This document shows, one piece after another, positions 40,024 through 63,762 of a DNA stretch of 64,000 nucleotides (the stretch's first letter is position 1; each line of letters opens with the position of its first letter). This DNA comes from Owenia fusiformis. Taxonomy: Eukaryota. The translations under genes were made by a program, and so were the position numbers. The notes beneath the pieces were generated by a model. It did not search any database. It worked only from the letters and a program-made list of their open reading frames with translations, and had not been told where the DNA came from. The stretch spans positions 13,206,001 through 13,270,000 of the forward strand of contig CAIIXF020000001.1 in NCBI GenBank assembly GCA_903813345.2, read 5' to 3'.

Positions 40024-41631
40024 ATGTCTAAAATTTCTTCTTATTCTTGTGAGTGTGGAAAGACATTTAGTCATGCAACCAGTATGTATCGTCATAAAAG
40101 AATAGACCATGCATTGCAGAAAAGCATCATAAAGTCACCTAATATACAACATGACATGGGAATTTATTCAACAATTCCAACTATTACGTCAACAGATTCA
40201 AAAGTGCTCTACCATCCATTTACTATGATGGTGGTTGGACCGACAGGTTCAGGAAAATCTACATATATAAAGGAATTGATTGACCATGCTGATACTACAA
40301 TATCTCCAACACCGCAACGTATCATATGGTGTTACAGTCAATGGCAACCTCTTTATGACATCATCAAAACAATCAATTCAAATATTGAATTCATGATGGG
40401 AATACCAGACGAATTGAGTAACCCAGATTTTTTAGATGTGAATCAGAGGAACTTGGTGATCTTTGATGATTTAATGGGTGATATAACAAAAGATACAAGG
40501 ATTGCTGATTTGTATACACGTGGATCACATCATAGAAATTTAAGTGTCATTTGCTTGATGCAGAATTTGTTCCCATGTGGTAGAGAAAGTCGGACTATGA
40601 GTTTAAATTCCCACTACATTGTGTTGTATAAGAACCCAAGAGATAGGCAACAAATATCTGTTTTGGCTCATCAAATGTATCCTGGGAAGTCTCACAAGTT
40701 ATTGGATGCATATGAAAAGGCTACACATCAACCTTTCAGCTACTTGTTAGTAGACCTCAAGCAAGAAACTCCTGAAAGTATGAGATTGTATAATCCTTCC
40801 ACAACTTCAAATATAATGCTTCAAAAACCATTATCAAAACAAAGTCTGAACAGAGGAATACAATCACAACAAGTTGAAAGTAATGGAAATATACCTAATC
40901 ATGTGGTATCAGAAACACCTCAATTAAATGCAAAGGATACAATTATGTATGATATGAAAAATGGAACGTCACCTTATTCCTCTCATTGTGGATGTGACGA
41001 TATGGTCTCATGTGATGACTGTGGTTTAGTCTTTGAGAGTATTCATGATTTGCAACATCATGTTAAAAATTGGTGTCATGGTCATCCGACCAAGAAAATG
41101 AAGATTGAAACCAATGCACAAACAAATAAAGAAGAAGAAGATGATGATCTCAGATTAAATGAAACATTTGTATATTTAAAGAACCTGGCTAGAAATGATA
41201 ATGAAAAGGATTATGATCATAAAGTAAAGGAGTATATAGATAGGGGAAACAATGAAAAGGAGGCTATAGAAAAGGCTGAGAAGAAACTTGTACAAATGGA
41301 TAAGGAAATATTCATGAAGCACTATAAGAAGGTCTTAAAACAAGTATTTGGTTTAGCAGACAATGTATTACACAGAAATATTGTAGATGAAGTAAATGAT
41401 ATGTTAATGAGAGGTGTCTCTAGAGATCTTGCAATCAGAAAGATACTTGTGAAAAATGAACATAAGTTTAGTGAGCTATTTATAGATACAGATGAAGAAG
41501 ACAATTCAGATGAAGAATCTACTGATGAAGAAAAGTCTGATAATTATGATGAAAGCAATGCTAATGAAGAATTTACTGATGAAGAACAATATTATAATCA
41601 AGATGAAAGCAATTCTGAAAGTAGCAGTTGA
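40024..41631 (+). CDS. A32/FtsK-like genome-packaging ATPase fused to two zinc-finger motifs and an acidic tail (535 aa)
   Basis: Walker A GPTGSGKST, Walker B LVIFDD, and RGSHHRNLSVICLMQ and SRTMSLNSHYIVLYKNPRD motifs typical of Polinton ATPases. N-terminal CECGKTF...HKRIDH and internal CDDCGLVF...HHVKNWC. D/E-rich C-terminus. Confidence 0.92.
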   Translation: MSKISSYSCECGKTFSHATSMYRHKRIDHALQKSIIKSPNIQHDMGIYSTIPTITSTDSKVLYHPFTMMVVGPTGSGKSTYIKELIDHADTTISPTPQRIIWCYSQWQPLYDIIKTINSNIEFMMGIPDELSNPDFLDVNQRNLVIFDDLMGDITKDTRIADLYTRGSHHRNLSVICLMQNLFPCGRESRTMSLNSHYIVLYKNPRDRQQISVLAHQMYPGKSHKLLDAYEKATHQPFSYLLVDLKQETPESMRLYNPSTTSNIMLQKPLSKQSLNRGIQSQQVESNGNIPNHVVSETPQLNAKDTIMYDMKNGTSPYSSHCGCDDMVSCDDCGLVFESIHDLQHHVKNWCHGHPTKKMKIETNAQTNKEEEDDDLRLNETFVYLKNLARNDNEKDYDHKVKEYIDRGNNEKEAIEKAEKKLVQMDKEIFMKHYKKVLKQVFGLADNVLHRNIVDEVNDMLMRGVSRDLAIRKILVKNEHKFSELFIDTDEEDNSDEESTDEEKSDNYDESNANEEFTDEEQYYNQDESNSESSS

Positions 41632-41693
41632 TATATATATATGTATAATTTCAATACCTGGGACATTATTAAAATATACGTCTATGAGGAAAG

Positions 41694-42791
41694 ATGTCTT
41701 GGAAAGAATATGTAGAAAAGAATTATTATGATACTTCTAAACCAGCAAGTTTTAGTGGACCTAAAAAATTACAGAGAACTTTACAAAAAGTTGGATTTGA
41801 TGTATCATACTACCAAGTCAAAAAATGGTTGGATAGTCAGGAAGCTTATAGTCTACAAAGACCATATAGAAGACGGTTTCGGCGTAACAAAGTGTACGTG
41901 TCTTACATTGATCAACAATGGGATGCTGATTTAATGGATGTCTCTAATATGTCATCTGAGAATGATGGGATACGTTTTATTTTAGTTGTCATTGATATCA
42001 TGTCCCGGTTTGCATTTGTCAGACCACTTAAGAATAAAACTGGACAAGCTGTAGCAGATGCATTTGATGATATCTTTAAAGAAGGGAGAGTACCAGATGT
42101 AATACGTAGTGATGCTGGTCAAGAATTCCGTGCAAAACGTGTACAGACATTGTTACGCAGATGGGGAGTGCGTCATTTTGTTACGCGTAATACTTCCAAG
42201 GCAAATTACTCTGAACGTTTTATTAAGACATTGAAGACGAAAATAATGAGATACATCACATATAAACAAAATCTTAGATATATTGATAATTTACAGGACT
42301 TTGTCAAAAGCTATAATGCTACACATCATAGAAGTATTAAAAAAGCACCCCAAGATGTCTCTAAAGATGATGAGCTTAATATTTGGTGGCGTATGTATTA
42401 TCCTAAATCAATAATAAAAAGTCAAACCAAATCCAAGCAAATTTTCAAATTCCCTATTGGAGCTCAGGTTAGAATTACACAAGCAAGGCATGTTTTTACC
42501 AGAGAATATGATCAACATTGGACTGGAGAGATTTTCAAAATAGCTGCTCGATTCATCAGACAAGGTCTACCTCTATATCGCTTGAAAGATTTTGAAGGTG
42601 AAGAGATTAAAGGAACATTTTATCAACCTGAGCTTCAACGTGTGCATATTGATGAAGACAATCTATATAAAATAGAAAAAGTTTTAAAACAACGCACAAA
42701 ACAAGGTCAAAAAGAATACTTGGTACATTGGAAATATTGGCCTAAGAAATTTGATTCTTGGGTTAAAGCTACGGATATCAAAACCTTTTAA
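41694..42791 (+). CDS. Retroviral-like DDE integrase with C-terminal chromodomain (365 aa)
   Basis: Catalytic triad in QWDADLMD / IRSDAGQEF / YSERFIKTLK, YNATHHRSIKKAP, W-T-G-E-I-F, GTFYQPELQ, and chromodomain YKIEKVLKQR...EYLVHWKYWPKKFDSWV. Polinton-type integrase. Confidence 0.95.
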   Translation: MSWKEYVEKNYYDTSKPASFSGPKKLQRTLQKVGFDVSYYQVKKWLDSQEAYSLQRPYRRRFRRNKVYVSYIDQQWDADLMDVSNMSSENDGIRFILVVIDIMSRFAFVRPLKNKTGQAVADAFDDIFKEGRVPDVIRSDAGQEFRAKRVQTLLRRWGVRHFVTRNTSKANYSERFIKTLKTKIMRYITYKQNLRYIDNLQDFVKSYNATHHRSIKKAPQDVSKDDELNIWWRMYYPKSIIKSQTKSKQIFKFPIGAQVRITQARHVFTREYDQHWTGEIFKIAARFIRQGLPLYRLKDFEGEEIKGTFYQPELQRVHIDEDNLYKIEKVLKQRTKQGQKEYLVHWKYWPKKFDSWVKATDIKTF

Positions 42792-42810
42792 TATTGTATA
42801 TTATACTTAA

Positions 42811-42816
42811 AATAAA
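42811..42816 (+). terminator. Putative polyadenylation signal after the integrase
   Basis: AATAAA 20 nt after the integrase stop, followed by a T/GT-rich tract. TATATAAA at 42850 precedes the next ORF. Confidence 0.5.
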
Positions 42817-42890
42817 TAGAAAAACATTATTTTATGTTATGTTGATATTTATATAAATGTTGAAGTACATCTCATTTTTGTTATTTAGCA

Positions 42891-43190
42891 ATGAAGTATC
42901 AAAGTGTGAGGTTCTACTGTATATTAGTACATATTTTTAAAGTGCTATTGGCAGAAGAAAATGCAACATCATTAGCACGAATAAGTGCTTCAACACCTTC
43001 AAATATATTAGCAATTGAAGAAATATCAATTAGTAATTTAGCAATTGGATCTACAAGTGTTTCATTTATGATATTGATGTTTTATTATCTGAAAAAACAA
43101 AAGCATGACTATAATATAACAAAGTTTGCAAAGTTATATGAGATAATACAAAAATCAAATAGTGACACAGACTTTAGTACATCAGTTTAA
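42891..43190 (+). CDS. Small predicted membrane protein of unknown function (99 aa)
   Basis: Hydrophobic N-terminus (FYCILVHIFKVLLA), NAT sequon, second hydrophobic segment (LAIGSTSVSFMILMFYYL) followed by KKQKH. It fills the space between a TATA box and the penton ATG. Confidence 0.65.
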   Translation: MKYQSVRFYCILVHIFKVLLAEENATSLARISASTPSNILAIEEISISNLAIGSTSVSFMILMFYYLKKQKHDYNITKFAKLYEIIQKSNSDTDFSTSV

Positions 43191-43193
43191 ACA

Positions 43194-43610
43194 ATGGATA
43201 AAGACATCTATTTTTATTTAAGTAGCACTGATTCAACCAATATTTATCCCAATAATACAGCATCAGAGTTTACTGTAAAGTTACCAAGATACTTTTATCT
43301 TAAAGGAAAATGGAAAATAGGACTTGTTGACATACAGTTACCACCATTGGATTCAAATGATGCATTATTGTATTTAGATGTGTTTTGTGATTTATGCATA
43401 GAAAGTGTTGTTGATGGAAATGTACAACCAATCTTAAGGCGTATTCCAAAGGATTATTCTTGGTTGAGTTTTAATCAAGTATTATACAAGGATGTCGGGA
43501 ATTGGGAGTTTGATCGCATACATGTCTATATAAGAGGAAATGGTAACACACTTGTGTCATTTAAAGACAAACCTTTGACGTGTACACTTCATTTGAAACA
43601 AGTATCATGA
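43194..43610 (+). CDS. Minor capsid (penton, single jelly-roll) protein, short form (138 aa)
   Basis: N-terminal YFYLSSTDSTNIYPNNTASEFTVKLP...LKGKWKIGLVDIQLP and C-terminal LRRI...YKDV...FDRIHVYI...CTLHLK resemble the Polinton minor capsid signature. Confidence 0.85.
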   Translation: MDKDIYFYLSSTDSTNIYPNNTASEFTVKLPRYFYLKGKWKIGLVDIQLPPLDSNDALLYLDVFCDLCIESVVDGNVQPILRRIPKDYSWLSFNQVLYKDVGNWEFDRIHVYIRGNGNTLVSFKDKPLTCTLHLKQVS

Positions 43611-43972
43611 AATTAGTACCATATGTAGACAGACCAGAACACTGGTTGAAACTTATTAGAGCTGGTAGACAGAATAGATTGAAAGTATCTCAAACAGGAA
43701 GAGGTTGGATAAGTGAAGATGATATTAAAGATGAACCGAAACAAATAATATCTCCAATGCAAGCTGTCGTTGAGAGAGCAAAAGCTACACTTAAAAGACA
43801 GCACTCAAACGAGTCACACGAGTCACACGAGTCAAACGAGTCACGTGATACAATTAGAAAGAAAAAACGTGTATATAAAAGCAAACGCAATAGTAAGTCT
43901 TCAGTCAATAAGAAATCTCCACAGGAATACAAACGTAGGTCAACAAAGACATCACAGAAAAGAAAAAAGTAA
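43607..43972 (+). CDS. Basic core/DNA-condensing protein (pVII-like, 121 aa)
   Basis: The ATG overlaps the penton stop (ATGA). Q-T-G-R-G candidate protease site, ISPMQAVVERAKATLKR helix and a very K/R-rich C-terminus. Lies between the penton and the major capsid. Confidence 0.7.
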   Translation: MKLVPYVDRPEHWLKLIRAGRQNRLKVSQTGRGWISEDDIKDEPKQIISPMQAVVERAKATLKRQHSNESHESHESNESRDTIRKKKRVYKSKRNSKSSVNKKSPQEYKRRSTKTSQKRKK

Positions 43973-43993
43973 ATTCAACTCAAATAATTAAAA

Positions 43994-45340
43994 ATGGCAT
44001 ATAAACTCATGAACAGTGCTGATGTAATGAATGGGAAATTACAGTTATTTAACACACCTCCAACAGAAAGTAGTGTTGTTAGAAGGAACTATGTTGAGTA
44101 CAGACCTATCAATCCAATAGACAGTGAGTCTCCAATAGAGTTCATCTTACCAAACAACACTTCACAGTTTATAGATCTTCAAAATGTAAAGCTATCTGTC
44201 AAAGCGCAGGTATTGAAAGCAGATAATTCATTACCGAAATATGTGGATTTGACAGATTATGATTCATATGGACCAATAAATAATTGGATTCATTCTTTAT
44301 GGAGTGAGGTTGAGATATCATTACAACAAAATAACATGGCATCATCTGTCTTAAACTATCCTTATAAAAGTATGTTGAAAACATTGTTAACATCTAGTAA
44401 AGGAAAATTAGAATCTGAAGGTACGGCATGTCTGTTTTATATGGACAGTGGGATATATCCACCTAATGGAATGGATGCAACAAAACCTCTGGGACAAGGC
44501 TCTAACAACATGGGACTAACACAAAGATTTGTGAAAACTCAAGGTGGAAAAGTAGTTGATATGGAATGTAAATTTCATGAAGATATCTTCAGCATCAACA
44601 AATACCTCATTAATGGTGTTGAAGTGAAGATAAAACTAAATCATACAAAAAACAGTTTTAGACTTATGACTGATTCAAATGAACAATATAAAGTCAAACT
44701 TTTAGATGTACATTTAGAAGTTCCAATGATTACAGTTTCAAATGGTATTTTACAAGCATATAATACTGAATTACAGGAGAGAAATGCTGTATATACTTAT
44801 GATAGAAATGAAATGAAAGTACTCTCATTACCTAGTAATATATATTCTTTTAATCAAGATGATTTATTTCAAGGACGTGTACCTACACGATTGTATTGTG
44901 TCATTGTGAAAAATGCAGCATATCAAGGAAACTATAAACTTAATCCTTACAATTTCATTCATGCAAACACTTCATATGTTGAAATTTCAGTAGATAATGT
45001 CCCTACTCCATTTAGAGCATTTCAACCTAAGTTTGGCTCAAATGATTCACAAGACAAATATGTTCATGAGTTTACACAATTGTTTTCAGATCTTGAACAC
45101 AATGATGGGTTAAATATAAGCATAGATGATTTTAAATCTGGTTTTTGTATCTTTAAGTTTGATATAGGCTATAAAGACACATATTCAAATGGTGAAATTC
45201 TTCCATTGTTTAAAAAGGGAAATGTAAAACTTGACATTCATTTTTCTGAGGCAACACCTGAATCATTAAACATTATTTTAATGGCAACATTTCCGGGAAA
45301 ATTTGAGGTTGACGCATCCCGCAATATTATTCAGTACTAA
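43994..45340 (+). CDS. Major capsid protein (double jelly-roll, Polinton PY/hexon-like, 448 aa)
   Basis: LQLFNTPPTESSV...YVEYRPINPIDSESPIEF...FIDLQN, GPINNWIHSLWSEVEISL, NYPYK, KYLINGVEVKIKL, LFQGRVPTRL and GNYKLNPYNF are characteristic of Polinton MCPs. Confidence 0.93.
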   Translation: MAYKLMNSADVMNGKLQLFNTPPTESSVVRRNYVEYRPINPIDSESPIEFILPNNTSQFIDLQNVKLSVKAQVLKADNSLPKYVDLTDYDSYGPINNWIHSLWSEVEISLQQNNMASSVLNYPYKSMLKTLLTSSKGKLESEGTACLFYMDSGIYPPNGMDATKPLGQGSNNMGLTQRFVKTQGGKVVDMECKFHEDIFSINKYLINGVEVKIKLNHTKNSFRLMTDSNEQYKVKLLDVHLEVPMITVSNGILQAYNTELQERNAVYTYDRNEMKVLSLPSNIYSFNQDDLFQGRVPTRLYCVIVKNAAYQGNYKLNPYNFIHANTSYVEISVDNVPTPFRAFQPKFGSNDSQDKYVHEFTQLFSDLEHNDGLNISIDDFKSGFCIFKFDIGYKDTYSNGEILPLFKKGNVKLDIHFSEATPESLNIILMATFPGKFEVDASRNIIQY

Positions 45341-45341
45341 T

Positions 45342-45788
45342 ATGAATTCACAAGATATAAGTTTTATTTTATCAAATCATCCAGATACTAAGCATAGATT
45401 TCTAGGAGTATTTGCAAGTGATCAATTACCATCTATTATCATGGATAAAAAATGTTTTATAGCAAATACTAGACCTCACTATGAAATGGGGCAACATTGG
45501 GTATGTTATTATAGAGATTCACAAATTGAATTTTTTGACCCCTTAGGTCATACAGAAACATTTTATGGATTAAAAGAATATGGAGATGCAATGTTTGTAA
45601 ATCCCATTCGTGTTCAAGGTTTGAACAGTTCAAATTGTGGACAATATTGTATCATGTATATATTATTGAGAACTTTAGGGTATAGTTTAGATGAAATTGT
45701 AAACACTTTCAGTGTGTCTAATAACATGGATTTTGTAGTAGAATCTATCATTTCTACCTTAAAAATGTTAATATTACATCAATTGTAA
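45342..45788 (+). CDS. Adenain/Ulp1-like cysteine protease for virion maturation (148 aa)
   Basis: FLGVFASDQLP, catalytic His in GQHWV, Asp in EFFDPLG, Gln/Cys in VQGLNSSNCGQYC. The ATG lies 1 nt after the MCP stop. Confidence 0.92.
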   Translation: MNSQDISFILSNHPDTKHRFLGVFASDQLPSIIMDKKCFIANTRPHYEMGQHWVCYYRDSQIEFFDPLGHTETFYGLKEYGDAMFVNPIRVQGLNSSNCGQYCIMYILLRTLGYSLDEIVNTFSVSNNMDFVVESIISTLKMLILHQL

Positions 45789-45800
45789 AGAAAATTGTAA

Positions 45801-45806
45801 AATAAA
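45801..45806 (+). terminator. Putative polyadenylation signal of the structural-gene block
   Basis: AATAAA 13 nt after the protease stop, with a GT-rich tract downstream. Confidence 0.5.
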
Positions 45807-45977
45807 TTTAAGATTGGATATAATGTATATATCAAACAAAAATGTTGTGTTATTGATTTGTTATGCTTCCATTTTAAAATTCAGTCCTCACCCATTTAGA
45901 TAACAATGATGTCATGCGCATCTTATCTCTCACCAATTTAAGATAACAATGATGTCATGCGTATCTTATCTCTCACC

Positions 45978-46138
45978 CATTTAAGATGAAAGCCCCATCC
46001 AATTAATTTATCTCCTAATCCCCATTCAATTAATTTATCTCCTGCTCATCAATATCTCCTGCTCATCTTCAGAGATTTTGAAAGCCCCGGGCCCGTGGCG
46101 GCCCGTGGCGTTCTGATGCCCTCAGTTTTCTATCTACT
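45978..46138 (-). repeat. Right terminal inverted repeat (161 bp)
   Basis: Exact reverse complement of 37971-38131. Preceded by two ~42-bp subterminal repeats (45891-45977) matching a single copy at 38145-38183. Confidence 0.95.
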
Positions 46139-48014
46139 TAGAAACATATCAAAATCCCGGGTAAATGCTAATTTAACGAATCCCCGGGGATTTAAAAGAC
46201 ACATTTCGCGACGATAAATGTTCGCAATTTTACCACGATCGCGAACAAAGCGAAATTAAAACGCACGCGAACAATTCTGCGAGTACAGTAGCTTGATACC
46301 ACATCAACACGCAGACAATTACACAAATTCAGAAGAGTAATAGTGTATTCTAACTTAGGATACAAAATTTCTAAATAGCAATCCATCTTTTATCAATGAA
46401 TAGACAAGAATGTGCCTGTGCATGTCTTCAGAAGTGTTGAGACATTGAGAACTGGTTGTGGGCTGGATATAATCCTAAAAAAGAGTTTCCTTGAATTTAT
46501 TTCTCAGTAACGATATTGTAAACTGTTTTGCTAATTGTGAAAGGATTTAAGCATAGGACTCAAGAAATTGTTGGCAATTTTGAATGCTAACATTAAAGTC
46601 CACGTTTTTAACATTAAACAAAAAAAGAATGTCATTTGATATTTCACCATCAGCTCATTAAATAGCTATAGTGCGATTGGATTCATTTTCTTACCATGGA
46701 CGTGCCTTATTTAATTCAACTTACATGTGTACGAAATTGAAGTTGTTTCTTCAAATAAATTGTAACTTACGACTTGCACTTCTGATTCTTTCATGTCGTA
46801 TTGTGTCAAGGTCGATGGTTGCAAAATATTGTAAAATTTTGAGACTTCAAATTGGGCAGTTTCCTTTTTGCCCAAAGAAGTTCCACCAATTTAATGCAAA
46901 TATGGTGATGTTATATGCAACGCTTCTTTTGTGGAACCAATTGACTTACGACAAGGTGGGGCCATATTTTGAAATATTTGGTCCCAAACAAAAAATGATC
47001 CTCCCTGACAACCCAGTGTGTCCTCGTATATAATTGACACATAGTAAAAATTGATGATCTAATGATTTTGGAGAACCTTGTTCTTTAACACTATTTGTTT
47101 ATTTTTGAAGTTTACCATATTTAGAAAAGATTAACATAGAAAAAATTTAATTTTTCAAAATGTTCTTACCACCTGAATGATGTCACGATGATATCACTTA
47201 GGTTGCAAATATTTAGATTTAAATATTTGAGAAATAAAAAGGTGACAACTTTCTCCATTCATTTTCTATTTCAAAAAATCTCTAAATTGCTTTTAAAGTC
47301 ATGAAAACAGTTAAAATGAATGTACAAAGTTGTTGATTTTCGTTCTATGAAAGAATGATGATGGACATGATGATGATGATGATGGACATCCTACGAAACG
47401 TCAAAAAGAAAAAGAAATATCTCTGAGAAAGAAAATCAACAACTTTGTACATTACTACCAGAGAGATGAACATTCATAGAAGTAAATGAATGATAAAAAC
47501 ATATTTTCAAACTTCACATAGGGCCTTTAAGAACTTACATAAAAAATTATAAAATACCAAAGAGAGTCTTTATAATGTGTCTCTCATATTAGGGAAATCT
47601 AGATATATCCCTTACTTGTATTTATATATATTCTACTTGTACATACTTCATAGTTTGAGAAAAGTTATAGTAAAATCTCACAATTAGCCTTTTTTCGACG
47701 AACTTTAAAAGTAAACGCGAGGTTTCAAAATCTTTCTATTATATCTCATGGGCTCTTAAGATCTTGTATTGCTCACATATATCATGAATAACTGTAGATA
47801 AAGACAGCTTATATGTATTTACGATCAGTCTGTTAAATCCTATATGTAACTTGATATAATGTCCACAATAAACTTTTCACTTTTCTCGAAAGTTTTATCG
47901 AAAAAGGTGTGATAGTATAATCTTGTCTCATAAATTTATGAGTACTCGTCGATGATAAGATAAAGGGCGTTAATAAGATACTCAATAGTTTTGATTTGTA
48001 ACATCGAAACTATA

Positions 48015-48182
48015 CAGTAAAACCCGTATCTGAACACCTGTCTAATCTGAACACATATCAACGTAAGCTCTTTTCTTTATCCCAACTTTATATTCTCCCA
48101 TTTACTATCTTGTTGAGAACACTTAAATAGTGAACACCTGCTTATCGGAACACCTTTGGCCTGCCCCAATGGCGTTTTGCTG
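48015..48182. mobile_element. Short degenerate pogo/Tigger-like MITE
   Basis: TA-CAGTAAAACC ... GTTTTGCTG-TA with repeated GAACACCTG motifs. Confidence 0.45.
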
Positions 48183-48561
48183 TATTATGTTTCAAAGTAT
48201 ATAAGAAACACATCTGGAATAAGGATACCTTAATTAAGAGCAGGTTTAGTACTTAACCATTCCCCAAATACCAAAAGTTTTATAGTTTGACTTGTACATT
48301 TGCAAAATGTTTACAGTTACTTGAGGAACTTCGAGTACCCACTGTAAGGACTTACATGTCATGATTTACACGTCTCTGAATATTATACTTGACAATTTGT
48401 CAGATCAGTAACAATACTAAGTCTACTGAACAACAAGAGGTTAATGGTACATCGGCTTAGCTGAAACTGGAGTACTACACAGACTCTCTGTACAGTGCAC
48501 ATGTGTGGAGTTGAGCATTGGCAATTCGTATGAGTCCTGTTGGGTGAAGAAAGACGCAAAG

Positions 48562-63762
<15,201 letters not shown>

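Larger units (their letters stand above)
37971..46138 (+). mobile_element. Compact Polinton/Maverick-like endogenous virus (8,168 bp) lacking a DNA polymerase gene
   Basis: 5'-AGTAGATAG...CTATCTACT-3' termini, identical 161-bp TIRs and 6-bp TSD TAGAAA (37965-37970 and 46139-46144). Seven intact co-oriented ORFs: ATPase, integrase, TM protein, minor capsid, core, major capsid, protease. Confidence 0.95.
37752..46288. mobile_element. ~360-bp CTGTA...TACAG MITE split by the Polinton-like insertion
   Basis: Left piece 37752-37970 begins CTGTACTC and is rich in TTTCGCG. Right piece 46145-46288 is rich in CGCGAA and ends GAGTACAG-TA. Absent from the paralogous 3' UTR of copy 1. Confidence 0.7.

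Noticed and set aside
41694-42791. Integrase as part of an LTR retrotransposon or Ginger element
   Set aside because: No gag, RT, RNase H or LTRs. The neighbours are capsid, ATPase and protease genes within TIRs and a 6-bp TSD, which fits the Polinton class.
43580-45341. ORF-track starts at 43580 and 45303
   Set aside because: These are non-ATG starts overlapping upstream genes. The ATGs at 43607 and 45342 abut the preceding stops and are more plausible.
40024-45788. Intronless gene-dense block as bacterial or phage contamination
   Set aside because: It is bounded by TIRs and a TSD inside a host 3' UTR that continues on both sides, and the proteins are of eukaryotic Polinton type (chromodomain, adenain).
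47350-47430. DDGHPTKRQK-like reading resembling GHPTKKMK in the Polinton ATPase ORF
   Set aside because: Too short and low-complexity, with no extended nucleotide similarity. Treated as chance.
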